Below are positions 1-12,675 of a DNA stretch of 64,000 bases, piece after piece. The translations under genes and the position numbers were made by a program. This DNA is from Lophium mytilinum (lineage: Eukaryota), in assembly GCA_010093605.1 (NCBI GenBank), contig MU004186.1, positions 327,765-391,764 on the forward strand, given 5' to 3'. The notes beneath the pieces are model-generated. The model worked only from the letters and a program-made list of their open reading frames with translations. It made no database searches and was not told the DNA's origin. The first letter of the stretch is position 1. Each line of letters starts with the position of its first letter.

Positions 1-2
1 CT

Positions 3-1292
3 CTGGAAGCCGTTCTTCTGACGGCTTTGCCCCTCTCTCTCCAACTCATGGCCTTGACCAACATTCCCGCCGTCTCCAAAGTCCTCTGGTCCGAATTTCT
101 CGATAACAACAAGCCCGACTGGTTCACTGCCCTCCCAGCAGACATCAAATCATACCTTGTCCGGCAATACGGCCCCTCAACAGCATGGGCTACTACCAGC
201 GCTCCCTCGGCTAGTTCCTCTCCGAGTTCATTCATCACTTCAACCGCAACCCCTTCTTCCTCCATTGCCCTCCCCATCGCCGCTCCAACCTCCAGCTCCA
301 GCACCAGCGCTTCTCCCCACCATGGCCTGTCCGCCGGCGCAAAGATAGGCTTGGGCGTCGGCATCCCCATTGCTGTCCTTGCTATCATCGCCGCTCTCCT
401 CGCATGCTGCCTCCTCCGTCGCCGCCGTCGCAACGCTGCAAAACGCAGTTCCCGGCCTCCAACCCCCGGCTTCATCCCCACGAGCACGCGCCACGGGCAT
501 TCAACCTCGCAAGACCGTCATCCGCTCCGTGGTGGCGCCGGCGTAGCCTCTCCGGCATCCGCTAGCACAGGCTGGAACCGCGACCGCGACAGCGGCTTTG
601 GGACTGAGCGCGATAGCGGCATGAGCGGTGGGGAAATGCAACATATTCCCCCACCACCAATCCCCTATCACTCGAGCAACTCGATGAGGGGGTCGAGGAC
701 CAGTTTCAGTAGCCTCCACTCCGTCCCCGAAGAGCACCCCGTTCACTCTGGTATTCCCGTGGTGCCGCCTCGCTCGCCGCATCGACGGTCGAGATCGGGG
801 AGTCTAGGGCCTTTCGACGATGCATCCTCCAATCCCCAGAACTTCCCTGCTTTTGTGGCTGGCAATGAGCGGAGGAGGAGCAGTAGCGGGCTGAATCCGG
901 CGTTCGGGATGAACAAAGCGGAAGAAGCGCATGCGGCGACAGCGGGCCAGCACGCGCACCAACTGCCCGCAACGACGCACCCCGCAAGTCGAGGGCAGGG
1001 TATCTATGCAGGTCAACAAAACCCGTTCGGTAACGAGCACAGCTACGAGAGCTCGTCGGACGAGTACGTGTCCGCGCCGGAGAGTGTGGAGATGCGCCAG
1101 GGGCAGGGCGGTGGAGCGTACCCAGCCTATGGGGGCCATGGCTATGGGCATGGGAATGAGCATCGAGCAGAGCTACAGACGCCGTCGAATGAGTGGCGGG
1201 AGTTTGCGGAGTGGCCTTTGAGGAATGAGACGGCGGGCCAGAGGAGTGCGTATGGGAGGCCGGTTTATGACCGGGTTTATGACGGGACGTGA
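3..1292 (+). CDS. Single-pass membrane protein with Ser/Thr-rich ectodomain (Mid2/Wsc-like architecture), 5'-partial
   Basis: Frame is open from the window start. S/T/P-rich stretch, then LSAGAKIGLGVGIPIAVLAIIAALLACCLL TM helix, an RRRRR stop-transfer and a disordered tail. Confidence 0.75.
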   Translation: MEAVLLTALPLSLQLMALTNIPAVSKVLWSEFLDNNKPDWFTALPADIKSYLVRQYGPSTAWATTSAPSASSSPSSFITSTATPSSSIALPIAAPTSSSSTSASPHHGLSAGAKIGLGVGIPIAVLAIIAALLACCLLRRRRRNAAKRSSRPPTPGFIPTSTRHGHSTSQDRHPLRGGAGVASPASASTGWNRDRDSGFGTERDSGMSGGEMQHIPPPPIPYHSSNSMRGSRTSFSSLHSVPEEHPVHSGIPVVPPRSPHRRSRSGSLGPFDDASSNPQNFPAFVAGNERRRSSSGLNPAFGMNKAEEAHAATAGQHAHQLPATTHPASRGQGIYAGQQNPFGNEHSYESSSDEYVSAPESVEMRQGQGGGAYPAYGGHGYGHGNEHRAELQTPSNEWREFAEWPLRNETAGQRSAYGRPVYDRVYDGT

Positions 1293-1995
1293 GTGATTGA
1301 TCATGAACTAGAACGTTCGTTTCTATGTTTGATTTCTTTACGTGCAATGAGGTATAGGAATGGGATATCCCAAGGGATGGCGTTTGGCGGATTCATACTT
1401 TCTCTTTTCATTCCTTTCAGAGGGATAGGAAGTACGGTCTCTGGATTTCTTTTCTCTACGAACTTGTCAGCAATGTATAGGGTCTGCTGTATCTAGCCGA
1501 GAAGCCAAAGCACTTCTAAGTTTAATCTCCTTCCCAACGAACTATTGTCAGCAAATTGTACGACATGCAGAGCCGGCACCTATCTTCCAAATTCATATCG
1601 CGTGCGCATCACGTGCTGCCGCTACCCATGAGGTACAAAATTTTTCACTCCCTTCAGTTTGTTTTCTTTCCTTAAGGTGTCGCAAGATAAAGCGGAGGAA
1701 AACTTGTATGCATCGACAACTAATGGAGTGGATTAACTGCAAGCAACGGATGACTCTATGTTGCGAGGCTGTTTGCTGCAGTCCCAAGTTTTTGAAGCTA
1801 TGTCTTCATGCCCATCATTACCAATCAACGTAGATGATTCCCACCTCTTTACATCACAACTTCTCTAGCGCGTCGAAGATTTCCATCAGCACTATTTGCA
1901 CATAGTGACGTTCTTCGTCTCTCGTTGCATCACTAATGCTCCAAATATTCTCTGCCTACTTAACCTAAATACCCAACCATCCCAACCATCAACTC

Positions 1996-3785
1996 TTACT
2001 CCCCCTTCAACACAACCGGCGGCGCCTCATAAACCCCCCTAACAACCACCCACACGACCCCAATCAGCAGCGTCAACCCGCCCGCAATCAAGCACGAATA
2101 GTTCATATCCTGCGCCGACACCGGATACACATACGGAAAGCAGTAAAACACCAACCACACCGCCATAAACGCGCACGACACGCCGCTAACCACGAAACCC
2201 GCGACGCCGCGCACGAAAAACGGCCCCGGCGGGACCGACTTGCGCCCGCTGAAGAGGAAGGGGAGCAGCGCGGCGAGGTAGGAGAGGGTGGTGAGGACGA
2301 CGAAGGAGCCGACGAAGGCTTCGAAGGCGATGGCGCTGCCGAGGTAGATGCAGCCCATGACCGTTGCTGGGGGTTTGTTAGCGGTGGAGAATTAGGGATT
2401 AGGAAAGGGAGGGGTGGGACGCACAGAAACATCCCATAAAGAGTACGGCAGCGAAGGGGTTCTTCCAGCGCGTGCTGACGTGGCTGAAGGTGCGGGGAAA
2501 GGGCATGGCGTTGTCGCGGGCCAGGCTCCAGAAGACGCGGCTGGCGGTGAGCATGGAGCCCATGACGCTGCCGAGGATGGGGACGAGAACGAGGACGGAG
2601 AGGCCGATGGCGCCGCTGGTGGAGCCGGTGGCTTGGTTGTAGATTTCGGAGAGGAGGAATTCGGAGGTGGAGCTGAGGACGGCGTCGAAGTCGGAGATGG
2701 CGTAGAAGAGGACGATGAGGTAGATGAGGGTTGTGAGGAAGCTGGAGGTCATTTGGATGAGCATGGCTTTGGGGATGTTTCTTTCGGGCCTGGTGGTGGA
2801 GTGTTAGTAGAGGAAATGGGAAGTGTTGCTGGTAAGGGGGGGGCGCGTACTTCTTGATTTCTTCGGCCATGTGGGTGGTGCAGTCGGGAGTGCCGATGGC
2901 AAAGCTTCCATTCAGCATACCTAATACAAAGACGAGGCCGTTCTTGGTGTAGCCGGTGTTGTTCTCCCATGTCTTCCAGACGAAGTCGCTGCTAGCATGC
3001 GAGCGACCCCCTTGCGCTGACATGACTCCAACTACGATGAGAGTGACGAACCACCCTCCGATCACGAGAACCATGAGCGCATAGTTGATGCTTGGTAAGA
3101 GCCTGTTTCCGAAAAGGAGAGTAAAACAGCAAAGCCAGATAATAATGATATAGGAGACGAAGATATGCCATCTTTGCGGTTCCAGTTCCGGATGGGTCAG
3201 GCTGTAAAGCCCAACTAGACCTTCGCTGCCTACGACTGCTAGAGACGAAGCTCCAAACGAGTATGCGAAAGCATTCCAGTAGCCGGCAAAGAATCCAATG
3301 ATACGGCCCATCTTACGGCCGGGTGTGACGGATGCCCAGTGGTAGACGCCTCCGGCAGTTGGGATCGCAGACGCCATTTCAGCGAGAGAGACCGTGATAA
3401 AGAGGTAGAGTATCCCTGCTACAATGAATTCGTAGATGAACCCCGGCGAGCCCCCGTTGTAGATAGCAAGTCGCTGCATTGTGTTAGAAAGATACTGTGG
3501 CTTTCAAGTGAGGTGTGTTACAATCGTTGCTCCAGTAATCGCCCAACAGTTGCCAATAACTATGGCAACTGCACACATACTGAACAAACTCTGGGCTGTA
3601 GTTAGCAAGATGGGCTAAAAAGAAGTTATCCTAGTAGTCCTTACAAAGTTACGATCCAATTCTTGCGCGTGTCCAGACGCGTTGATGGGAGTTCCATCGA
3701 CGATATCGACGACCTCGCCATTGGCGACGTCTGGGTAGAGACTTCCCTCTTTGACCTTGGTACCTTTCTCCTCGACGAAGGACAT
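1996..3785 (-). CDS. APC-family amino acid/choline/GABA permease (Hnm1-like), multi-exon
   Basis: Exon 1 is MSFVEEKG...NASGHAQELDRNF followed by gtaagg. Later motifs: SLAEMASAIPTAGGVYHWAS, HMAEEI, ASRVFWSLARDNAMPF, MNYSCLI. Many TM segments. Confidence 0.9.
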
Positions 3786-4234
3786 TCTGTGTACTGTCGA
3801 TGTTGGCCTCTACCGAGAGATTGGACGCGAGGAAGAACTTCTTGAAGGCTGTAGGATATGTGAAGTGGTTCAGATTAAGGTCTCCCATGACTCGATGTTG
3901 GAAAGGACCAATCAGGTCGTGTATAATGCCAGGCCTCGGAGATGGGCGTCGATGCGATTGCATCCACCTAGGTAGCGAGTGGCTTTAGAACATTGCGCTA
4001 GGCAATCAGTATCGCTCGCGTCAACTAATCGCGTTCATTATTGCCGGTGTCATATGATATAGATTTCATATGAAAGATAGGGAGAGGCATCAGGCTTGAA
4101 AGGTGTTTTGCGCACTTCATGATTGGAAATATTAGATCTGTTGGGGTAAATACAGGACGTGGCCGATGCAACAGCGTTTAGCAAGTATAGTTTAAACTCA
4201 CGCATACTTTAAAAGACGGGGTTAAAGATTCTCT

Positions 4235-5304
4235 TCATACAACGATATGAGCTGCTGGTATCTTTCCCCCACAGAATCCCTCAACATTCTCCCCTACCAT
4301 CCGCTCCAGATTCTTCAACGTCGTGTCCGATACCCACGCCGTATGTGGCGACAGCGTTAAGTTCAAGTCTTTGGTGTCTTCTGTTGCGAGAGGGGATGTT
4401 TCAGGTCCTGCCGGCTCCGTAGCGTACACATCTACTGCTGCACCTGCGATCCACTTCTCTTTGAGTGCCTGCACCAACGCAGCCTCATCCATAATCCCAC
4501 CTCTTGAGACGTTGACAAGCACCGCCTGTGGTCTCATTATCTTCAACTCGGGGGTCGATATGAGGTTGATGGAATCTGGTGTTCGAGGTAAGATGAGGAC
4601 TAATACCGAACTCTGCTTGAGCACTTCTTCGAAAGCCGTGTAGCCCTCTCGTATTGTTTTCGCGCCGCGCCGGTCTGCTACTAGGACCTTCATACCCAGC
4701 ATGCGTGCTATGTTGCCTATTTTCTTACCTGCGTATGACCTCAGCAAGTGATCCAACTCATGTCGTGAGGTAGCCGTCACTTACCAATGAATCCATACCC
4801 AACCAACCCCATAACCTCCTCCTCACAAGTCAACGGCATCGTGCCCGTATTATCCTCCAACATGTTTATCAGCGTCCCTCTCCACGGCCATTCGTTCGCT
4901 CTTAGAGCCATATGGGTCTCCACGAGTTTCCTCCGCGCGGCAAAATACAGCCCAATTGCATGCTCACTTACAGAAGAGGCATTCGCGTTGACAGAATTGC
5001 AAACTCGGATCCCGCGCTTTCGGCATGCTTCCAGGTCTATTGTGTCGGTTCCCACGGCCATAACAGCGATGAACTGGAGATGCGGTGATACATCTTCGGA
5101 AAGAACCTCTGCGGGCAAAGCAATCGTGGTCGTGACTAGGATCGTAGCATCTTTTATGCGTTCTGCGACTTGAGCGGGCTGGGTTCGTGGGTAAGATATC
5201 AAGGTATGCGTGAGGCCATTTGGGAGCTTGAACTCAGGAATCGGACTGAAGACTGCTTCGAGGACAACGATGGTATGGTGGGTTATTGCTGTTGCGGAAC
5301 CCAT
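4235..5304 (-). CDS. D-isomer-specific 2-hydroxyacid dehydrogenase (glycerate dehydrogenase/hydroxypyruvate reductase-like)
   Basis: AVGTDTIDLEAC, Rossmann GLVGYGFIG, LVNVSRGGIMDE, DVYATEP, LSPHTAW; one intron near 4730-4785. Confidence 0.92.
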
Positions 5305-5711
5305 TGCGAACTTGGTTTCGAGCTCGATTCTTCAAGGAAGTATTTGGGTCTCGTAGGAAAAGATTTGATATGGAATGTCTGTAGACAAAAAAATAATTGA
5401 AACGTTGAAACTCTGGAATACCTACCCCGGTCATCGGCCTCCCACCACCGACGGGAATCTGCCCCTCATATAGCTCTCGGAGATGGACGACATGCGCCCT
5501 ATGCTTATCGCACTCCACAATTGCGGGGACCGGCATCGAATGGTACGCTACCGAAATGCGCCCTGTTTCCCTTATTAAATGACACTGTGGGACACTTACG
5601 TCCCGTGCGTTGCGCTAAAAGACTATTTTCCTTTCTTCGTTTGCATCCTCATCGTCAAAATCTAATCTGCTTGGTAATTGTTGCAGCAATTTCATTGTAA
5701 TAATTCCAAAA

Positions 5712-6795
5712 ATGGCTCCATCCGCTGTCTCCCTTCCCCCGGCGCCATCGACAAAGGCAGCCCAAGAGGAGGCAGAGCGTACGAGTGGTGATCCTGCATT
5801 GGCGTTCATTCAAGATGAAGGAACTTCGCCGCCTGTATTCGAGGACAAGTACGAGGAGCGAAAGTACCTGAAGCATAGGCTCGCAATTGCGTTCCGCATC
5901 TTTGCGAGTTCTGGATTTGCAGACGGAGTAGCGGGGCATATTACGATGCGTGATCCATTGGATCCGACGAGCTTTTGGGTGAACCCGTTTGGTGAGTAAC
6001 TTTAGTGACACGTATGAGGAAGAAAGCAGGCGAGGTAGTTGGAAAACCCGAAATTGGCTGATATTCATCCAGGAATGCATTTCTCGCTCATCAGAGACGA
6101 AGATCTTATCCTCGTCAACCACGCCGGTGAAGTAATTGATGGAGGAAAGAACCTAAGGCTGAATTACGCGGCATATGCTATCCACGCCGAGATCCACAAG
6201 GCGAGACCGGACGTCACATTTGCTGCTCATTCACACAGCACTTACGGACGAGCGTTCTGCGCGACTGGTAAGCTTCTAACGATTGTCAAGACTGGAATGT
6301 TTGCTGATAAGCCTTCAGGCAGGACACTGGACCCACTAACTCAAGACGCCTGCGTCTTCTACAACGACCACGTGCTCTACGCGAACTTCGCCGGCGTGGT
6401 GTTAGCAGCTGAAGAGGGCAAGTCGATTGCGAAGGAACTGGGCTCTAAGAAAGCTGCACTTCTTGGGAACCATGGCCTTTTGACCGTCGGCCCGTCGATC
6501 GAGGCCGTAGTAGCGTGGTTCGTGCTTTTGGAGAAGTGCTGCGAGGTCCAACTGCTAGCGGATGCGAGCAGTGCAGGAAGCGGAAAGCCACTGGTGAAGA
6601 TTGGGGAGTCAGAAGCCCAAAATACATGGGAGGCGCTTGGAAAGCCGGCGACGGGTTACTGTAAGTCATCTAGGAGTTCAGTGATCGTTCAAAATACTAA
6701 AGGAAGTAGTCATGGGGCTGCCCCTTTTCCAAATAGCAGAGAAGAAGGAATTTGGAGAGAGCACGTTTTTGGGCAGGGGGTTAGAACCGCTGTAA
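5712..6795 (+). CDS. Class II aldolase/adducin-domain protein
   Basis: GVAGHITMRDP, FWVNPFG, AIHAEIHKARPD, AAHSHS and LLGNHGLLTVG metal-binding His motifs. Three introns; last exon ends ...GLEPL* at 6795. Confidence 0.9.
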
Positions 6796-6835
6796 ACTGG
6801 CGCGATAGATGTTTCAATAAATCTGAGCTTTTCCC

Positions 6836-7917
6836 CTACATTTTGCCACTCCTGTAGCCTGGCGCATCATGTTCGATGGCCTGAGCGACCGCAATCTCGA
6901 GCGTATCACTGTCCGTGACACCAAGCTTTTCGTTGTCTCGCTTCTTGTATAAAGTACCTCCTTCAGTCCAGATTCTCCGCAAGGTGAAAAGGGTAGCAAT
7001 GGGATCTCCTTTGTCCCAGGCTTCCTTTTCTAATTGCTTCAACTTGTCTAGCGGTGTGTATGAAGCTTCCCATTTCTTCCCCGTTTGGCGCTCAAACTCG
7101 GCGAGGATTTGGTCGGGCGTGGCAGTGAATGAGTTCACTTTCAAAGCGCGATTGCGGGATACGTCTGGGTGCTTGAGGGCTCCGACGAGGAGTTTACCAA
7201 CGCTATCAGTCGTCAGCAATCGGCCAGCAACTACATAACAAAGACAGAGATAGCTCACTCGGACATGGTGACCAAAGATACCGGATCCTTTCCACTCCCT
7301 AACAGTACAGCCTTTTGCTCTTTGACGTTCCACGATCCTACGGGATTGCTGCCCATGTTTCCAAGGTACAGATCCGCATAGGGACCTGTGACCAAGTAAG
7401 TGTACTCTAGCCGTCTCACAGACTCCTTGATATAGGCCCGTACTTTCAGCTTCAGTTGATGAGGCTTCTCGTTGACGGAATGATCAAAGTATTCGATATC
7501 CGTTCCATACTCGCTGGGGAAGAATCGTATGATGTTCGGGGACTGCTCAGCGAGGCGAATCAAGTTGATTTGTTCTGCTATGACATTTCTGCCGACTGCG
7601 CTGACGACGGTGTTAAATCCTAGACTTTGTATCAATAAATGTCCGCAGGTGGCTTTGTAACGGAGAAGTGTTGTCATTTTATACATACCTTTGTATGCCT
7701 CTACCACATCCTCCTCATTCCTCACGTCTCCCACGATAATCTCAAGCCCATCCTCTCTGAGAGATTGAATGGAATCTGACTTAGTATTCACCGTATTTTG
7801 TGACGTGAAGATAGCTAAACGGCCGAAATCTTCCTTTGCTGCGAGCAGTGCATTGACGATATACTGCCCGATGACGCCGGTGCCCCCAAACACCAGGATG
7901 TCTAACTTTCCACTCAT
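6836..7917 (-). CDS. NmrA-like / isoflavone reductase-family NAD(P)-binding protein
   Basis: [37 protein letters not shown]; two introns. Confidence 0.9.
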
Positions 7918-8390
7918 GTTGACAAAATCGAATGCCTTCTGAGGGTATACAATTGATACTTTGTTGAACACAGTTGCGATGCCGGCGGAGATGCCGGTCA
8001 CCACCGGCACGCCCTGCAGGAACCAGCACTCGTACACTCTGCCCCACTCTTGATGCCCCGCCATATTCTAAGTCGTGCTCAGAGTTAGGTAGGGGTTACT
8101 AGTGTCGGACATCCCCTATCGACATCCGCCCCTCATCGCAACAACGCGCTTTCTGCGAGCCATCGCGAAAAATGGTCTGGAGATGTTGCCGATGGATCAG
8201 GCGGTTTTCCTTATCAGGTTCGGCATGCGTGCGGAGTCAGAACAGTTCTAAGTAGAATAATTCAATATTCCATCTCTTCTTGGTTCCTGCGATATAATTG
8301 TCCTCTTAGTTGAGAAACATTTATTCCGTATCAACTTTATTGCACTTCCATACTCATATTCGTTACTCTTTAACATCATCGTATTTCATC

Positions 8391-9503
8391 ATGGGTAAAA
8401 TCGTAGCAGCTGTCGGCCTCTCTCACGCGCCAGGTGAGTCTATTCATCCTCAATCTTTTCCGTAGCTTGTAACCAAACTGACTTCGTACTGTCCAGGCGC
8501 GCTCGCCTTCCCCGAGACCGCCACCCCAGAAGCCCGCGAGCGCACCGAGAAAGCCACCAGAGACCTAGGCATTAGCCTAGAAGAAGCAAAACCCGACATC
8601 ATCTTCGCCTTCCTCGATGACCACTTCGAGAACTTCTACCGCAACCTCATGCCCACCATCGCCGTCAGCGTCGCCGAAAGCCACGTCGGCCCCGCAGACC
8701 AATGGATGGAAACCCTCCGCATACCCAAGAAAACACATTTCCCCGGCAACCCAAAAGTCGCGGAACACCTCATCCACTCGCTGGTGGAAGATGGGTTTGA
8801 TGTTGCGCGGACGGGGACGGTGGAGTACGGGAACAACCTCATGATGCCGTGGGTGCTCATGCGGCCGGAACTGGAGAACGTGGCGATCATTCCTATTTTT
8901 CTGAACGTGTTCACGCCGCCGTTGATGAAGTATTCGAGGGCGTATGCACTTGGCGAGGCGTGTCGGAAAGCGGCGTTGGCGCTGCCGGATGAAACGTGCG
9001 TTGCGTTCATGTGTACGGGTGGGTTGTCGCATTGGCCGCCGTACTGGAGCCCGACGCAGGCGGGCGATCCGCCCGCGGACCCCTTCCTTGCGCTGATGAA
9101 GAAGTTCCAGACGGAGGGCAAGCCGGTGTTGAAGGAGCATCCCGATCTGTTGGCTAGGTTGGACGATTATGAGATTGAGATGGCGAAGAATAATGAGTAT
9201 CCGCTGAACTCGAAACATCCGCTTGTTAATTGGGAGTGGGACCGAGGGTTCTTGGATAAGTTCTGTGCGGGGGATGGGAAGTGGTTGAGCGCGCTGACAT
9301 ATGAGGAGGTTGAGGAGGAGGCGGGACATGGAGGGCATGAAGTGCTGAACTGGGTGGCACTTTCTGGAGCTATGAACAGCAGTAAGGCGAAGATGGTGCT
9401 GTATGAGCCGGTCGTGGAGTGGATTTGTGGGATGGCTTATGTGGATTTCGAAATCGGAAAGGAGACTAACGGGGCGACGAATGGCAGTAACGGTACGCAC
9501 TGA
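8391..9503 (+). CDS. Class III (LigB/MhpB family) extradiol ring-cleavage dioxygenase
   Basis: Spliced N-terminus MGKIVAAVGLSHAP|GALAFPE (intron ~8434-8497). Motifs PDIIFAFLDDHFENF, IIPIFLNVF, TGGLSHWPP, GHGGHEVLNWVA match the His/His/Glu iron-ligand pattern. Confidence 0.88.
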
Positions 9504-9666
9504 GTGCGATGTTCAGTCTTTTTGGACATGGTAGTCGAAAATAATTTTCCGTGGTTTACACAAGCTTTCTGTATCAAACTTCATGGCTCTGTCGATTTCT
9601 GTAGAGCAGTAGTTTTAAGCGTAAAATCATGTCGATGCTGATAGTCTACTCTTGTCGCCTCAGTCG

Positions 9667-11850
9667 TCAAAATACTAGTCCCAGATCATCTAAACGGAGG
9701 GTATGATCTAACAGCGCGGTACCGGGCGTCCCGTCGGCAACCTCCGCGTTCGCCCCCATATCAAAGAAGTCCTCGTCGATATCAAACAGGCTGAAATCGA
9801 AAGTCCCCAAATCTTCCACATGCCTGCTCCCGAATCTCAACTTATCAAGATGAGCAGGACCGGGATAAAGAAGCCGCATGAGCTCCGCATCTTGCGTGGA
9901 GTCTAAGCTAGTCTCCGGATTCGATACCGGAGAAAACACAAACGCCAAAAGCGGTCCAAGCATTCGTTCATAAACTCCGGCGTGGTTTGATACTTCAGAC
10001 CACCCTTGCGACGCAATGCTGAGGAAGTTCGTTGTGAATATCTTAGTCATGTCGAAGATCTGGCTTGGGTTGTATTTCTGCGTAATACTCGCCTGGCCGT
10101 GCCGGAGACAGAATAGCAGGACCATGGCTGTTTCTAGAGTATGATGCGCCGACATCCAAGGACGGCGGAAGAAGCCAGAGAGGATGTGCTCACGGTGGCT
10201 CCGAGCTGATAGCGCTGCGGCTTCGAAGGCGATCAAGAGGCTCCGCTGTGATGGCATTGGCGTCCTTCCGGACGGTCGGTGAAGCATCGTAAGACCCCGT
10301 GCTAATGCAAACTCTACGAGCTCGCTGTTGGTGGCTTCGGCCTTTGATTTGTCGTACCAGGCTTGAAGCTTTTTCTCCATATTTTGCAACCAATCGTCCC
10401 AGGACATTCCCACGGGCAAGGGTTGTCCTTGAAAATGGATCTGAATCATTTCAGATTGAAGTTGATGATAGTGAATTTGATCTAAGAAGGGCCTTGAGCT
10501 CAGTCCAGTGACACCATCATTCATGTAGGGGAACTGGGTGTTGATGGCGGCATCCGGAATAGAAAGCGGCCTCTGAAGAGCAGCACATACGCTGCGATCG
10601 ATACAATATGCACTCCAGAAGACGCTACGTCTAAGGTTTAAAGTTGTAGTATCCATGCCATGGGTTTCAGGAGACTCTCTATGCAATCCGAGCTCCTGGA
10701 GTCGAAGCGGTTAGCCCTTTGTACTTTACCTCTAGCTGAGATTGCTTGGGAAGAGGTTAAAAAGGACTCACTAATGCCGACCGCATAGCCGCACCTGATA
10801 ATATCCATACATTAGCTGAGCGAGGGTTTATTGTCGCATATAGCAGAATCAGAAGATTCATCTGAATCCCCGTGAAATCTGAGGAGGCATCCGGCTGACT
10901 AGGAAGATGGCGGATCCCTTCTTCGAAAAGCGAAGACGAGAGAGACATGCATCGCGACTCGTGCCCTCCTTTCGCGCTACCAAGCGTGACAGATATCGCT
11001 AAGATCAAGTAGATAACCAGAAATCCGTGGTCAGGCATGACCAAACAGTTCTGAGAGTCTTGTCTACTGATTTGCAGGAAGCTTAACACGTGCCTTAGCT
11101 GGTCCCAGATATCTGGCTCGTGCAGAAATGGAAACTGAGGGAGCACTCCCTGTACATACTTCTTGACTAGACTTTGGATGATCTCAATTGGAATGTTGCG
11201 CAAGACTCGCGTCTCAACGACCTGGGCTTGTACAGAGACTGCGTTTGGACTGACGCTATTTCTTTGCAGGTCGTTCACGTTCGTCACAGCCGTGCTCGAA
11301 GATGGAGTGAGGCCCATTCTTACTCTCGAGACTAGATCAGTCAAACCCGATCCGTAGGGCAGAGTAGCAGAAACCATAGATTGCAGCTCTCGACTATTCA
11401 TGATTGAGGAAGTTAAAGGATCCTGTGATGGAACCGGTTGAGGTTCCGCGATATCCAGGGCCCAACGAGGACTACTATCGACAACTGTGCCATTGAGCTG
11501 ATGTCCAGATGAGTCTTGATTGAATTGTAGTAAGATATCAGATGCGTTGAGGGCATCAAGATGACCTCCTTGGGCAAGCTCCGTCTCCAATCGCGCAATC
11601 TCATGCTCGAGGTGCCTTACGATGCTGCGAGGGACCTCGGTGGAAGAAACAGTCACGCTGAAGCCGGTACACGTGGTCTTTGCTCTCAAGCATGGAGTAC
11701 ATGCTGGGAGCTTACGATCACACTGCCTGGTGTTAGTGGGCAAAACTGGGACGCGTCGCGCGAATCTACGAAGAACAATGAACGCACCTTCGTCTTTCGC
11801 CTTCTGCATCTCCCACAGCTGAGCACACTCCTCGAACACTCGGTGGACAT
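9667..11850 (-). CDS. Zn(II)2Cys6 transcription factor with fungal-specific TF domain (Ppr1/UaY-like)
   Basis: Spliced MSTECSRSVLSCGRCRRRKTK|CDRKLPACTPCLRAKTTC; LRRSVFWSAYCIDRSVCAALQRPLSIPD. Confidence 0.9.
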
Positions 11851-12675
11851 TGTTTTTTACGGACTTCACCGCCATCAAGCCCTGCGCATCCATCATCGCG
11901 GAGAGGTAGGGAGAAGTACGAGGTGGAGTCTCGGGTCGCGCAAAACGGTCCGAAAGCTGCGGTGCCTGACTCAGGTCAATTGCAAGGCTTATCAGCAGCC
12001 CCGGCTTGACTCCCGATCGGCCCTTTTGTATGGATATGGAAAGGGGGCTAGAGCGCTGTTCTCCGACGACATTGTTCATTCCTCCATGTCACGCGTACCC
12101 TCTCCAATCTGGTCGTGTTGGAGAGGAAACGACGTGTCGAGACACCTCAACAGCGGCAAGGCAGTATGCACAGACTGCAATAGTAGAAAAAAACTACGTT
12201 GGTATATGATGGGAGCCAGATCATGCCGTGACACATGATAGGGCATCGAGATTATCATGAAGCGTTATATCATTACCCTCTTCACGCCAGTCTGATTCCA
12301 CTTGGTAAGCCTCAAAGACAGTATCGTCTCATTTTTACATTGCTCTCATTATGGTGGAATGCGAGTTCATTCACTTATACTCGTAATCGACGTCGCTCTA
12401 CAGCTTTGATGTCTAAAATGATGGACTAGCATCTACTTGTTGAGGGAGCGCTGCCGCAATTGGGTCTTCGTGTCTTTATGCAGGGTCTCCAACGGTACCG
12501 CTCTTCTCCGGGAGTGCCCTGGAGGCCTCGGTGCCACTCATAAAGGAATGAGGACTAGTCAAGCGGTTACGGTCATTCTCCGATCGCGGAGTGTCCATCT
12601 TTGCTATCCAGAAATACTCACTCACTCAAAATTTCGTTCTGAGATTCATTGTTCTCATCCTCTCATCATTTCATC

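Noticed and set aside
8577..9500. 307-aa antisense ORF and similar long overlapping ORFs (e.g. 706-1347, 11561-12238, 35897-36541, 45307-45861)
   Set aside because: Shadow ORFs of GC-rich real genes on the other strand or frame.
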